From: Camelus ferus
Lineage: Eukaryota
Direction of reading: 5' to 3'
Assembly: GCF_009834535.1 (NCBI RefSeq)
Contig: NC_045697.1
Location: forward strand, 109,680,001 to 109,744,000
DNA length: 64,000 bases
Both the position numbers and the translations under genes were made by a program. Under the pieces are notes generated by a model, which made no database searches, was not told where the DNA came from, and saw only the letters and a list, made by a program, of their open reading frames with translations. Below, piece by piece: positions 1 to 13,242 of this stretch; within the stretch, counting starts at the first letter, position 1; each line of letters opens with the position of its first letter.

Positions 1-225
1 AAAATGCTTCCTGTGTACCAGGTCCTGTTCCAAGGACTTCACTGGGTTAGCTCATTCAGTCCTCACAACAACCCAAAGAGGTAGGTGATATTATCTCCAT
101 TTTACAGGTGACGACACTGAAACATGGAGAGGGGCAGACGTTTTTCCAAGTTTGAAAGCTACTAGGTGATGCAGTAGGAATTTGAACCCAGAGGAGACTG
201 ACCCCACTGCCTGGGCTCAGAACCA
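1..225 (-). mobile_element. MIR SINE relic
   Basis: cctcacaacaacccaaagaggtaggt...ccattttacaggtga...ggaatttgaacccag resembles the reverse complement of the MIR core. Confidence 0.75.
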
Positions 226-234
226 CTCAGGAAA

Positions 235-640
235 GTGGCTGCAAAGGTCAGCAGGGTTCAGATCAAAGTCTGTGCAAATCCTGTTAAATTGTTTAGACTG
301 TACCCTAAGGAGCGTGGGAAGTCATTCCAGAGTCGTAGGTAAGAAATGACATTTCTGGATTTGCCTTCTGGCTTCAGGGTAGTGTGTGTGGGTGGGGGTG
401 GGGTGGGGGAGGGAGCTCAACTATGACCCAGTGCAGGGGACTGGCCAGAAGTCTCTTGCAGTGGTTCCCGCTGAAGGTGGCAGTGACCCTGGTGGTATAA
501 GTGTCTGTGCAGGGATGGGGTGGGGGGAGGTGGGAGGATGTGGATGGAGCTGAGCGACTTAGGTGACAGATTCTATAGGGCTTAACTGACATTCAAGGAT
601 GTGCCCAGGTGACATGTTGCTTGAGCAGCGGGGCATTCAG
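235..640 (-). mobile_element. L2 LINE relic
   Basis: Degenerate similarity to antisense L2 3' region. Confidence 0.45.
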
Positions 641-1380
641 GCAGACAGTGCTGCCACCTCTGACAATGGAGCCCTGGAAGGTGCTGCAGATTTGGAGGGA
701 ACAAAGATAATGAGTTTATTTGCACATGCTGCCTGGCTTCTGGCCTGGCTTCACGTGGCAAAGGCCACTTTTTCTCTCTGGCCCAGGATGTCCTCAAATT
801 CTGGCTTCTTCTGAATCAGTCTCTCCTCCCCCTCCAAAAAAAAAAAAAAAAAAAAAATCCAGAAGTTTCCTGGTTCATTGACACCGGAAATATCTACAGA
901 TTTCATTGGAGACACACATAAACCCAGAGGTGGTTGGTTTTCTTCCTTCTGGCTTCAGCTCCACAATTAAAAAGTCTATTTCTCATCCTCATGGTAGGTA
1001 ATGAGAGATTTGCTCTAAGTTATTCTCCTGTCATACCCAATTCCTTTTGTGACCAAATTCCTGGTGGGTAGAACTGATTCCTTTTGTCCCAGTAAGTTTA
1101 TACCATTCTGTCTGGAGTCATTCACCTAACCAAAGTTATTTAATTTGCAACTTTGTTTCCCAAATCAAATGGTTGGTGGCTGACTGTCATAAATGTGGGA
1201 TGGAGGAATCATTGTCCTGTTATTTAGCTGTAATCTCTTCAGCATATTAGCCATAGTCTGTGCCCCCTCCTGTCCTCTCTTGGTTTAGAACCCCGAGGTG
1301 ATAGTAATGATGTAATAGAAGAAATGAGCTAATGTCAAGAAGGTGCTTGAAAAACAAAATGGCATCAAGACTAGCTAGAC

Positions 1381-1517
1381 TGAGGGGAGGGTATAGCTTA
1401 GTTGTAGAGCACGTGCCTGGCATGCACAAGGTCCTGGGTTCAACCCCCTGTACCTCCATTAAATCAATCAATCGATCAATGTAATTACCTCCCCCCAAAT
1501 AATTAAATTTAAAAAAC
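1381..1517 (+). mobile_element. Camelid tRNA-derived SINE (Vic-1-like)
   Basis: GGGGAGGGTATAGCTTAGTTGTAGAGC (A box)...GGTTCAACCCC (B box), A-rich tail, 13-bp TSD AGACTAGCTAGAC at 1368-1380 and 1518-1530. Confidence 0.9.
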
Positions 1518-1539
1518 AGACTAGCTAGACAAATATGGT

Positions 1540-2095
1540 ATATGGTATGGGAACTGAGAAGTAGTTCCATAGGACAAAGCAAAAAGATTCCAAATATTCC
1601 TAGTATTTATAGGAAACCAGTTTTAGGAGAAGAAGGGCAAATCCACAGGGAAAGGATGGGCTAGTTAGTAATTAGCTTATCCATCTGAAAAAAAACATTA
1701 CAGCATACCGAGTCAAAGCAGGTGGTTTAAAAAGCAAAACTTTAAGAAGATGATTTAAAATAATATCTTTATCATCTCAAGAGAGTAAAGATATATATTT
1801 CAAAAAAAGAAAAAAGATAGTAAAGATATATTAAACAAAACTCAAAAAGAACAAACTATAAAGAAGATTAATAAATTAGTCTATGTTAAAACGTAAAATT
1901 TCCATACAACGGAAAGTTACCTAAAAAGAAGCAAGCCATGGACGAGGAAAATTTGCCTATGTCTAGCTGTCAGAAAATTAGTGCTCAGAATAAACAGAAT
2001 TGTTAGAAATAAACTTTAAAAAAATCAAAATCAGTAGAAAATGGTCCAGGGATGTAAACTAATCAATCAGAAGAAAGAAAGTTATGAGATGTTTT
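1540..2095 (+). mobile_element. Old L1 (L1ME-like) ORF2 3' fragment
   Basis: A-rich degenerate L1-like motifs (tcagtagaaaatggtccagggatgtaaac). Confidence 0.45.
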
Positions 2096-2328
2096 TGTAA
2101 TTTGAAGAGAATTAATTATTGTACCTTTGCATAGAAGACTTCTTTGAGAGTGCACACTTTACAGGGATGCCTTGTATATGTTAAATTACTGAATGCAAAG
2201 TGGACCCCTTCAGCCTTTCTACCCATTCTCTGACCACCTCTTAATTCTTCCCCTTTCTCCCAGCCAAACTGCCTTAGGCTGACAGTGCCACCTAAGGGTT
2301 TGATCTTGCAAAAGACCACCATATTCTT

Positions 2329-3988
2329 TTAAAAAAATTAACTAATTTTTTTTATATATTTATTTTTATTTTATATATTTTTACTGAAGTATAGTGAGTT
2401 TACAATGTTGTGTCAATTTCTGGTGTACAGCACAATGCTTCGGTCATATAGGAACATACATATATTCGTTTTCATATTCTTTTTCATAAGTTACTACAAT
2501 ATATTGAATATAGTTCCCTGCGCTATACAGTAGAAGCTTGTTGTTTTTCTATTTTGTATGTATTAGTTAGTATCTGCAAATCTTGAACTCCCAATTTCTC
2601 CCTTCCCACCACCTTTCCCTGCCTGGTAACCATAAGTTTGTTTTCTATGTCTGTGAGTCTGTTTCTGCTTTGTAAATAAGTTCATTTGTCCTTTTTTTTT
2701 TTTTTTTTTTCCTTTAGATTCCACATATCGTATAGTACTTTTCTTTCTCTTTCTGGCTCACTTCATTTTGAATGGCATTCTCCAGTCTTATCCATGTTGC
2801 TGCAAAAGGCATTATTTTATCCTTTTTTATGGCTGAGTTGTATTCTTTATCCAGTCATCTGTTGATGGACATTTAGGTTGCTTCCATGTCTTGGCTATTG
2901 TAAATAGTGCTGCTATGAACATTGGGGTGCATATATTTTTTTGAATTAGAGTTTCCTCCAGATATATACCCAGGAGTGGGATGGCTGGATCACATGGTAA
3001 GTCTAGTTTTAGTCTTTTGAGGAATCTCCATACTGTTTTCCATAATGGCTGTACCAAACTACATTCCCACCAACAGTGTAGGAGGCTTCCCTGTTCTCCA
3101 CACCCTCTTCAGCATCTATCATTTGTGGACTTTTTAATGATGGTCATTCTGACTGGTGTGAGGTGATACCTTATTGTAGTTTTGATTTGCATTTCTCTGA
3201 TAATTAGTGATATTGAGCATTTTTTCATGTGCCTATTGGCCATTTGTATGTCTTCATTGGGGAATTGCTTGTTTAGGTCTTCTGCCCATTTTTGGATTGG
3301 GTTGTTTGTTTTCTTGTTATTAAGTTATATGAGCTGTTTATATATTCTGGAAATTAAGCCCTTGTCAGTCCCATCTTTTGCAGATCTTTTCTCCCATTCC
3401 ACAGGTTGTTTTTTGTTTGTTTGTTTGTTTTGCTCATGGTTTCCTTTACTTTGCAAAAGCTTATAAGTTTAATTAGGTCCCATTTGTTTATTTTTGCTTT
3501 TATTTCTATTGCCTGGGTAGACTGCCCTAGGAGAACATTGCTGAGATTTATGTCAGATAATGTTTTGCCTATGTTTTCTTCTAAGAGGTTTATAGTGTCT
3601 TGTCTTATGTCTAAGTCTTTAAGCCATTTTGAGTTTATTGTTGTGTATGGTGTGAGGGATTATTCTAACTACGTCGAATTTACATGCAGCTGTTCAGTTA
3701 CTCCAACACCATTTGCTGAAGAAATTGTCTTTGCTCCATTGTATGTTCTTGCCTCCTTTGTCAAAGATTAATTGATCAAAAGTTTGTGGATTTATTTCTG
3801 GGCTCTCTATTCTGTTCCATTGATCCATATGTCTGTTTTTGTACCAATGCCATGCTGTTTTGATTACTGTAGCTCTGTAGTATTATTTGAAATCTGAGAT
3901 GATTATTCCTCCAGCTTCATTCTTTTTCTTCACTAATGCTTTGCAATTCTGAGTCTTTTGTGATTCCATATAAATTTTAGGATTATTC
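2329..3988 (-). mobile_element. Young 5'-truncated L1 (camelid-type): ORF2 C-terminus + 3' UTR
   Basis: ORF 2827-3057 [31 protein letters not shown]...KQPKCPSTDDWIK is the L1 ORF2 C-terminus. The 3' end ttgaagtatagt-like motif is preceded by a T-rich tail. Confidence 0.93.
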
Positions 3989-4172
3989 ATATTTATTTAT
4001 TTTAAATTGAAGTATAATTGGTTTACAATGTTGTGTTAATTTCTGGTGTACAGCATAGTGATTCAGTTATACATATGTATGTATATATATTCCTTTTCAT
4101 GTTCTTATTCATCATAGGCTATTACAAGATATTGAATATAGTTCCTTGTGTTATATGGTAGGAACTTGTGTT
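3989..4172 (-). mobile_element. L1 3'-end fragment
   Basis: ttgaagtataattggtttacaatgttgtgttaatttctggtgtacagc repeats the L1 terminal motif. Confidence 0.85.
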
Positions 4173-4506
4173 TATATATATATATTTATTGTAGTATAGT
4201 CAGTTTACAATGTTGTGTCAATTTCTGGTCTACAGCATAATGTTTCAGTCATACATATACATACATACATTTGTTTTCATATTCTTTTTCATTATAAGTT
4301 ACTACAAGATATTGCATATAGTTCCCTGTGCTATACAAAAGAAACTTGTTTATCTATTTTATGTATAGTAGTATCTGCAAATCTTGAACTCCCAATTTAT
4401 CCCTTCCCACCCTCTTTCCTCATAAACAGAAATTTGTTTTCTACATCTCTGAGTCTGTTTCTGTTTTGTAAATAAGTTCATTTGTTTTGTAAATACGTTT
4501 ATTTGT
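4173..4506 (-). mobile_element. L1 3'-end fragment
   Basis: Third copy of the terminal motif gtatagtcagtttacaatgttgtgtcaatttctgg; ends at the TSD copy 4507-4523. Confidence 0.85.
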
Positions 4507-6049
4507 AAGACCACCATATTCTTGATAAATGATCTTCTCCAAGTAACTTTCTTTTCTCCTGTGATACTTTCCTCTTTCTCACCTCTTTTTCCTATTTCTA
4601 TTGCATCCTTATCAGTACAGCTAAAATAGGTGACTCAGAATGTCTTCAGCCCAGTGCCGTGCTGGTCATGTGGAGCAGGGTGGTGGAGGGAGAGAGATTA
4701 GGCACCTGGTGGGATCTCCCTTCTGTGAAGGGGTGGCGATAGCAGGTTCGGTTTAATTGAGGGCAGAAGTGTCAGGTTCAAAACGAGCCAGGCAATGTGA
4801 GTGATCGAGAGCTTGCTTGGCCTCAGAAATCAGAATTGAAAGAGGCATCAAAAGTTCTGCACTTCAGGGATTCTTGGGGTCAGGGCAGACTGGGTCATTA
4901 ATGGGGGTGATCATCCCTGAAAGGAGAGGGACACTGAAACCAGGTTCTACCTTGGGAGACAGAGTGGCCGTGTAGAGATCACTAGGCTAACTGCTTCTTA
5001 GTGGTCTCCCAAACCCCACCTCCCATCCTCCTCTGGGTGATAGTCGGTCTTCAGGTGTAGACGCTGGCTCCTTAGAGTTGGCAGGAATCATGCAAGCCTG
5101 TCTGACTGCCAACTGCCAGGGCTCCTGTCTCCAGTCCCAGTGTTCCCCAGCCCCTCAGCCTCACTGGGTAGCCCTTTACATTCCCCTTAATTAAATCTGC
5201 TTTTGCTTGATCACTAGTACTCAAGACAAACGAAAGCTATACAACTTTATTGTGTATCTCATTCTGTAATAATTAGCACTGGAGCATTATTGACTTCTTT
5301 TTTTGGCAAAAATGTGCAGTCTTTAGTTATATTATGGTTACACAGAGTTTTGTGAGCTGGCGTGTGGCCCTAATCACCATTTATAACGTCGCTTCTTTGG
5401 GAAAGTGTATTCTGCCTTTCAAACCACAGCCTTCCAAATGCACATTTGGAACACAATCCGTTTGCGAGCTGGGAACTCTCTGTATTGATGTCTGTTGGCC
5501 CAGGGCAGCCCTACGACCAAATGACATGTGGTTTAAAGTTCATGTAACAGCCGGTTCATTTAAATACTGTTAGCTGGAGCTCAGCTTTCAGGTTCTCAGA
5601 TTTCGGGTTAATTTAAAGTCGAGGAGGCAGCAGAGTTGCAGCGATCAGACAACAGCCTGTATGAGGCTCCTGCTCCCTGTGGAGAGGCGGTCGGTCTCCA
5701 CTTTTCATGGTTTTCCCTGCAGGTTTTTTAGGACTGAGCCTCTTTGGAGCACGAGCTCTTCAGTTCTGCTGAACAATTGATCTTGAAAAAGAACTCCTTT
5801 TAAAGACCAACTATACTTTCAAGCCTGGAAGTTCAGCTAGGGTCATTCTAGTTTATTGAGCACAGGGGCCCCTCTCAGCAGGAGGGAAAACCACATTTAA
5901 ATCCTGGATGAGGGTCCTTCCCCTCGCCTCTCCTTGTTTTCCTTTCCCCGGTGTCTCCTTTAGGAAGTCTTACCTTTACTAAGTTAGAAATCAGCCTGTC
6001 CCAGGAAAGCCGGTCTCTCCACCGTTCTCACATCGGAAGAGTTAATATT

Positions 6050-6190
6050 TTTCAAATGCCCGCTGTGTGCCAGGCACTGAGCTAAGCAAGCTACATGTGT
6101 CCAACATCCTTTAATCCTCAAAATGACCCCCTCCTTCCTGCCAGAACAGACATGAGCATCTACTGTTTGCAGATGAAGACATGTAAGTCA
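6050..6190 (-). mobile_element. MIR relic
   Basis: tgtgtgccaggcactgagctaagc...tttaatcctca...tttgcagatgaagac. Confidence 0.6.
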
Positions 6191-6624
6191 GAAGAGGGTA
6201 ATTGTTTTATCTGAGAACGCAGGGCTGCGGCACTGCCCCACCAGCCCCTCATCCCTGGGTGGGGTGGGAGGCCCTGTCTTCATGGGGGTGCCCCCAGGAA
6301 ACCCCGTCCTGATGTGGAAGTTGTATTTGTCATTTCCCTTTAGGACCAAGGACTTGCCATCAAAATCCCTCCATCTCAGGCTAATTGCCAAGATCGCATG
6401 GCACCTCTGTCCCCCAGGAGTCACATTCCCATGGAAGAGAAGTACTAACATTTCTATTTTCTCTTGACTTGAGTGAGTTGTCCTACCTGGGGGCTTGGAA
6501 CAAGATCAGTTATAGAAGCAATGCCAAGAGGACACAGTTAGTATTTTCTGGGGTACAAAGCCTTCCAGTGTGCCTTTCTGGCCTTACTTTTTATGCTCCC
6601 CGCCACCATAAGAGCTAAAGCTTT

Positions 6625-6735
6625 TTACAGTGCCTCCCAACGCCAGGTACTTTCTGTGTATTTCATCCTCAGAACCACCCGATGAGGTAGGAGTACTGTC
6701 ACTCCCCTCACTTACAGTTAAGGACAAATAACGAC
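6625..6735 (-). mobile_element. MIR relic
   Basis: tttcatcctcagaaccacccgatgaggtaggagtactgtcactcccctcacttacagttaagga. Confidence 0.55.
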
Positions 6736-8721
6736 TTCTGGGCCACCCCCTCTGCTTAGAACCCCCTTTGGCTGTCCTCATTTGGATCTGCACAAGTCCC
6801 ATCCCTTACCCCCCATCGAAGGGCCTGGCCAACCTGGTTCTCTCACCAGGCTTTCCCAGATCCCGCGTGGGAACACGCCTCTCTCGACCTTGCGTTCCCA
6901 GAACTTTTTTGCTTTTGCCTCTATTCCAGACTGCTCTGAGTTCAAGGTGCTGGCCCGTATGTCTGTCACTCACCAATTGCCAAGGCTGGGAGAGCAGAGA
7001 CCCATTCATTGGATGATTACATCTTTATTCCATCACTGTGTCTAGCACGATGCCTGGCCTGGAGCCAGATGGAATTGGTGGTGTGGTCACATTTCCAGGA
7101 CAGATGTTTTCCCTTAGCCCATTGCCTGCAGAGTTTCTTTCAGGAAGGAGAGGGAGCTATTGTCACTGTGGCCACAGATTCTCGCCTTCTAACACATTAC
7201 AGGACCCTTGAGAACTCTGTGCTTCTTTACAAACTTAAAATAAGAGGCCCAAAATGTGCCTTTGACATAGCTCCATGCAGTTGGGCCAAGAACGTGCATA
7301 TGCTATTTCTTGTTTTATGCTGTGGCTCTGTTCATCAGAACTGGGACATACTTCTGGCATCACTTGGAGGATGCTGCATGTGATTGGGAGGAGAACAGCA
7401 TCAAGGTGAGGCTTGAGTCTGTTCCTTTCTGCCTGTTATTCTATCCTTGTTTCAAAGGAGCATAAGTTTTGGTGTTTAGCCACATAACTGCTGAAAATAT
7501 GTGGCACGTGTGAGTGCTGGAAATAGAGCTGCTTTTCTAATTTATTCCATAAATGCAGTAATCCCAGCCCATCATATAACAGTTGGAATGGTGGAGAGAT
7601 GGAAATAAAACACATAGTCACATTATTTTACAGTATCAGAAAAATGGAGTATCAGCATTTTGGATTGTTCGTTATTGATTTTAGCTTTTTTTTGTGTGTG
7701 TGTGTGTGTGAGGGAGGCGGGGAAAGATTTCAGTTATTCTAAGTAACTAAACGGTTATAAACAAAAAACTGGGGGCTGGGCATTTTGTCTAAATATGGCT
7801 ATTTGAAAATTTTAATATCTTGGCATAAAATGACTTCTGTATGTTTAAGTTTTATAGCCAACACATATGGCTGGATCTCAAAAGAAGGAAAATTTTAGAA
7901 GCTATACAAGCAGTTTTCGGGTAATTTAGGGACTAGTTAACTTTACCAGTTTAAGGTTTTCCTGAAGACCTCTACCGGAATGGCCATAGTTTTGGGGATG
8001 ACCTTAAGAGATCAACTCAAAGGAAGTTTCACGTGGAGAAAGGCATGGGTGATCTCTGCACAGCAAGACTTGAGTCAGGGTCCCACTTCTTTAGAAGTTT
8101 TGGGAGATAAAGTCTTTATTGTTTCCCCTTAGTTGCTATTGTGTCCATATCCTAAGAAGATACTTAAGATGTTATTAAGGTGAAATGAGAGTGACAAATC
8201 TCCTGGGAGTATGTCCTCTGGGTGAAGAGTCAGCCAGGGGAATGGTCAGAGCTGTAACCTGAGCCTGAAAAACTTCATCATTTACTGGACTTGGGGGGGA
8301 GGTTAATTGTCTTTTCTTTCCAAATAGCCCGAGGAATGAAAAGGGCAGCAGCTGGCGAGGAATAACTCCCAGTAAGAGCAGCTCATACAAGGAAGAAGAG
8401 GTTGTGGAGGGGGAAGTTAAATTTGACTTATTTAACACAGGTTGATTCCAAGGCCTCTCGAGGCCACACAGGGAGGGTTGTCCACTGTGTGAGGCACACC
8501 CTGACTCAGGAGAAAAGTTAGGGGCAGAGACAGAGATCTGGTGTTTGGGCAAATTCACTCCATAGGATGGCTGACCTTCTCTAGAAGGTCTGTAATGTGA
8601 AAAAAGAAGGCAGCCCAGGTGTGTAGTTGATGGTTAAGACAATGGGATGTAGAGGCAAGCAAACTTTCAAGTCTCATTTATAACACAGTCTCTGTGTGAT
8701 CTTAAGCCTTGGGATCCCCCC

Positions 8722-11700
8722 TTTTTTTAAATAACAGACTTGAGACATAATTCACCTGCTATGCAATTCATCCTTTTGAAGTGTATGATTCAACCGCGCA
8801 GCTATCAACACTATATAATTTCAGTACATTTTCATCACCCCAGGGAGAAATCCCATATTCATTAGATGTGTCTCCCCAGTTCTCCCATCCTCTGTCTTCT
8901 AGGAAACCACCAGCCTACTTTCTATCTGCACAGATTTGCCTGTTCTGGATGTTTCATATATAATTGGAATTGTACACCGTGTGGTCTTTAGTGTCTTGCT
9001 TATTTCACTTAGCCTAAGTTTTCAGGGTTTACCCAGTTGTAGCATGTAACAATATTTCACTTCTTTTCATGGCCAAATAATGTTCCATTATATACTTACA
9101 CCACATTTTGCTATCCACTCATCAATTGATGGACTCTTGGGTTGTTTCCACTTTTTGGCTCTTACGATTAACACTGCTATGAAAATTCAGATACAAGTGA
9201 TTTTGTGGATATACGTTCTTAATTCTCCTGAGTACTTACACCAATTTGTAGTACAATTGCTCTGTCATGTGGTAACTCTAGGTTTAAGATTTTGAGGAAT
9301 TGCCAAGCTGTTTTCAAATTAGCAGTACCATTTTGCAATCCCACTAGTGAAGTAGGAAGGTTCTGATTTCTCCACATCCTCTGGCTTTTTGATTCTAGCC
9401 ATTCTGCTGGGTGTGAAGTGGTAACTCATTGTGATTTCCCTAATGACTAATAATGTCAAACATCTTTTCATGTGATCATTGGCTATTTGTATATCTTCTT
9501 TGGAGGAACGTCTAGATCCTTTGCCCATTTTTAAATTGGGTTACTAGTCTTTTTATTGTTAAGTTTTAAGAGTTCTTATTATATTCTGGATACCAGTCTT
9601 TTAGTAGGTATATGATTTGCAAATATTTTCTTGCATTCTGTGGGTTGCCTTTTCATTATTTCGATGGTCTGTTTTGAAGCGCAAATATTTTAAATGTCCC
9701 TATTTTTTCTTTTGTTTGGTGCTTCTGGTGTGATAACTAAGAAATCTTTGCCTAATCTCAGGCTGTGAAGATTTGCTGCTATGTTTTCTTCTAAGAGTTT
9801 CATAGTTTTAGTTCTTACACTTAAGTCTTTGATCCATTTAAAATTAGTATTTTTATATAGTGTGAGGTAAAGGTCCAACGTTATTTTTTTCCATGCAGAT
9901 ATCCAGTTTTCCAGGTACCATTTGTCAGAAAGACTATGCTTTCCCCCATTGAATTATTGTCTTAGCACTCTTGTTCAAAATAAATTGACCATAAGTATAA
10001 TATAGGTTGATTTCTAGACTCTCAATTCTGTTCTTTTGATCTACAGGTTTATCCTTACCAGTGTCACACTGTCTTCATTGCTGCAACTTTGTATTAAGTT
10101 TTTAAGTTGGGAAGTGTGAGTCCTCTGGCTTTGGTTTTTTTGTTTTGTTTTTTTCCTGTCTTAGCTATTCTTGGTCCCTTGCATTTTCATGAGAATTTTA
10201 GAGTCAGCTTGTCAATTTCTGCAAAAAAGGAAGCTGAGATATTGACAGGGATTGTATTGAATCTGTAGACCTATTCGGAGGAGTATGATCATATTAGCAA
10301 TATTAAGTCTTCCAATTCATGAACATAGATGTCTTTTCATGTATTTAGTTCTTTCATTTCTTTCAGTGATGTTTTATAATTTTCAGTGTACAAAGCTTGC
10401 CCTTCATCTCTTAAATTGATTCTGAAACATTTTCTTCTTTTAATTCTATGGTAAATGGAATCATTTTCTCAATTTTATTTTTGGATTGTTCAGTGCTAGA
10501 GGATAGAATTACACTAGATTTTTGGATGTTGATCTTGTATTTTATAGCCTTGTGGCTCTCATTTGTTCTAATAGTTTTTTTAGTGGATTTCTTAGGATTT
10601 TCTTAGCTGACAGGATCATGGCATCTGTGAACAGTAGTTGTTCTGTTGCTTCTTTTCTGAGCTGGATTCTTGCGCTCTCCTTCTCGTCTTTACCTTCCCT
10701 CCCTTCCCCTTCCCTTCCTTCCCCACTTTTTTTTTTTTTTCTTTTTGCCTTATTGTACCAGCTAGAACTTTCAGTAATATGTTGAATAAGAATACTTAGG
10801 GTAGATATTACTCTTTTTTTCTTGATCCTAATGAGAAAGCATTCAGTTTTTCACTATTAAGTATGAGGTTAACTGTGGGGTCTTTGTAGATGGCTTTATC
10901 ACATTGAGAAAGTTCCTTTTTATTCCTAGTTTTTTGAGTGAGAATTTTTGTCCCGAAAGGGTGTGGAATTTTGTCAAGCACTTTTCTGCATCTATTGATA
11001 TGATCATGTGGTTTTAGTCCTTTATTCTATTAATATAATACATCACATTGATTGATTTTTATATGTTAAACCAACTTAGCATTCCTGGGATGAGTCCCAC
11101 TTGGTCATGGTGTATAATCCTTTTAATAGGCTGCTGGATTGCTGAAGCTTTTTGCATTTATATTCATAAGCAATATTGGCTGGTAGTCTTTTTTCTTGGG
11201 ATTTCTTTGTCTGGTTGTAGCCTCAGGGCAATGTTGGCCTCATAGTATGGGTTGAGAAATGTTCCCCTCTTCTATTTTTTGGATGAGTTTGTGAATGACT
11301 GATATTAGCTCTTCTTTAAATGCGTTAACATTATCTAATTTATTGCCATAAAATTGCTCATAGTATTCCCTCATAATCCTTTTTACTTCTGCAAGGTTGG
11401 TGGAAATATCCCTCTTTCATTCCTAACAGTTAGTAATGTGGGCCTTCTCTCTTTTTTTTATTTTGGTCAGTCTAGCTAAACTTTTGTCAATTTTGCTGAT
11501 TTTTTTTAAACAATCAACTTTATTTTCACTATTGTTTTCCTAGTCTCAATTTTATCAATTTCTGCTCTAATCCTGCTGGCTTTGGGTTTAGTTTTTCTTT
11601 TTTACCTGTTTTTTAAAGTGGAAATTTAGATTGTTGATTTGAGATCTTTCTTCCTTTTTAATATAGGCATTTACAGCTGTTTCCCCCTGAGCATTGCTTT

Positions 11701-12670
11701 AACTGCATCATACGCATTTTGGTATATTCACTTTTTGTTTTCATTCAGCTTAATTTCAAACACACTTAGAAATGTGGTATTTAATTTTCATATATTTGTA
11801 AATTTCCCAAATTTCCTTTTGTTATTTATTTCTAATTTCATCCCATTGTGGTTAAAGAAGATACTTCGCATGATTTGGGCTCTTTTCAATATATTGAGAC
11901 TTGTTATATGGCCTAACATATGGTCCATCCTGGAGAACATTCCACATGCACTTGTGGGGTGAGTCCAAGGATTTCGAGACTGATCAAGGAAAGACCCAAG
12001 CATGAGATGGCCATAGTGCATAATGGGCTTCTTGGGTGGTATTTGGACAGGGCTGTATGAGAGGGGAAGTCCCTCACAGCAGAACTTCTAGAGACAGAGG
12101 CCACCATCCAAATGGAGGAGAAGGTAAGTGAACTCTCAGGGAAGAAGGGAGTGGAGAGGAGACTTCTGCGTCAAGGTGATGTCACTCAGCAGTGGGATGG
12201 GGGGTGGTGTCTCTGAGTCAGAGAGCTCTGAGGGGCGGCAGTGCTTTGGGTTCTTTTATACCCTCAGGGTTTATGTTCTCTGTGACTTGCTGATATTGGA
12301 TACGGTTTTGCAGGGTATGCAAAATAGGCAGATACTCTAAATGGCTAAAATGTACTTACTTTGGATATATTTAAAGCAATTGTATAGGTAAGAATTTGAG
12401 TTTTGCTTTGAGCTGATGGTGGCCAACCTGCGATGAAAAAGTAAACAACATAAGAGCCAAAATATAGGGGCCATCTTTGGCCCACTCATATTAAAATTGG
12501 AGAAAAATGTGTATTCTGCTGTTGTTTAATGGAAAGTTCTATAGGTGTCTGTTGGTCTAGTTGGCTTATGGTGTTGTTTGAGTCTTCTGTTTGCTTTTAT
12601 TGCCTACCTGTTTGTTCAGTCCCTTGCTGAAAGTAGGTTTCGAAGTTTCCATTACTTGTTGAGCTGTTTA
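8722..12670 (-). mobile_element. Old L1 (L1MB-like), about 3.4 kb, interrupted by a solo LTR
   Basis: ORF2 remnants: 9690-9878 YLTLYKNTNFKWIKDLSVRTKTMKLLEENI and 11788-11950 DHMLGH...IFFNHNGMKLEINN (endonuclease end). L1 resumes after 12497 (gagaaaaatgtgtattctgctgttg). Confidence 0.88.
11953..12496 (-). mobile_element. Solo LTR (MER74-like, ERVL) nested in L1
   Basis: Minus strand reads gggccaaagatggcccctatattttggctcttatgttgtttac, as in MER74. TATAAAAG at 12260-12253; ends in CA; splits otherwise contiguous L1 sequence. Confidence 0.7.
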
Positions 12671-13242
12671 TCCACTTTGTCCCCTCTCCACACAGCCTTC
12701 CCACTTTCTCCTTTGCCTGGGTAACTCCTTCTTATACTATAACAAGTTGCTCAGGATTCATGCTGATGGCCTGGATCTGCTGAGCAGTGTGTAACTTTAC
12801 TGGTTTCAGTTGATTTGGGTTTAAATTTTATTTTCTAGCCTCACATTACAGGCTGTCTATAAAGGGTGAGAATTTAAAGGAGCTAGACCAGAAAACATGG
12901 AGGGACCATGCTATACTCAGAACTTTATCCCCTCTTTCCATATCAGCAGTAAGTGAGTGTTATTAAGATCGTTAGAAGTCCAAAACACTGAAAAGAGTAT
13001 TATTATGTCCCCACATCACCCCTATATTTTCATTCTGAAAACAAAAAACCCCACAAACTTATTTTAAAATGTATAAGTAAGAATCTAGTGGTTTAATTTT
13101 CTTTTATGGTAACTATTCTAATGCTTTAAAAAAAAATCAAAAATCAAAGATCAAATGCTTTCCCCCCTTTTCCTGTTTTGGGAACTCCTGCTTTATTGGC
13201 ACCCTAAATACAATGTTTTGCCCATCATAGAATTAAGCCCTC

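Noticed and set aside
1381..1460. tRNA-like A/B boxes here and near 32480, 38370, 47470 and 55530
   Set aside because: These are tRNA-derived SINE heads with tails (TSDs seen for three), not tRNA genes.
2827..3771. Several ORFs of 60-120 aa
   Set aside because: Disrupted L1 ORF2 remnants and their antisense frames, not host genes.
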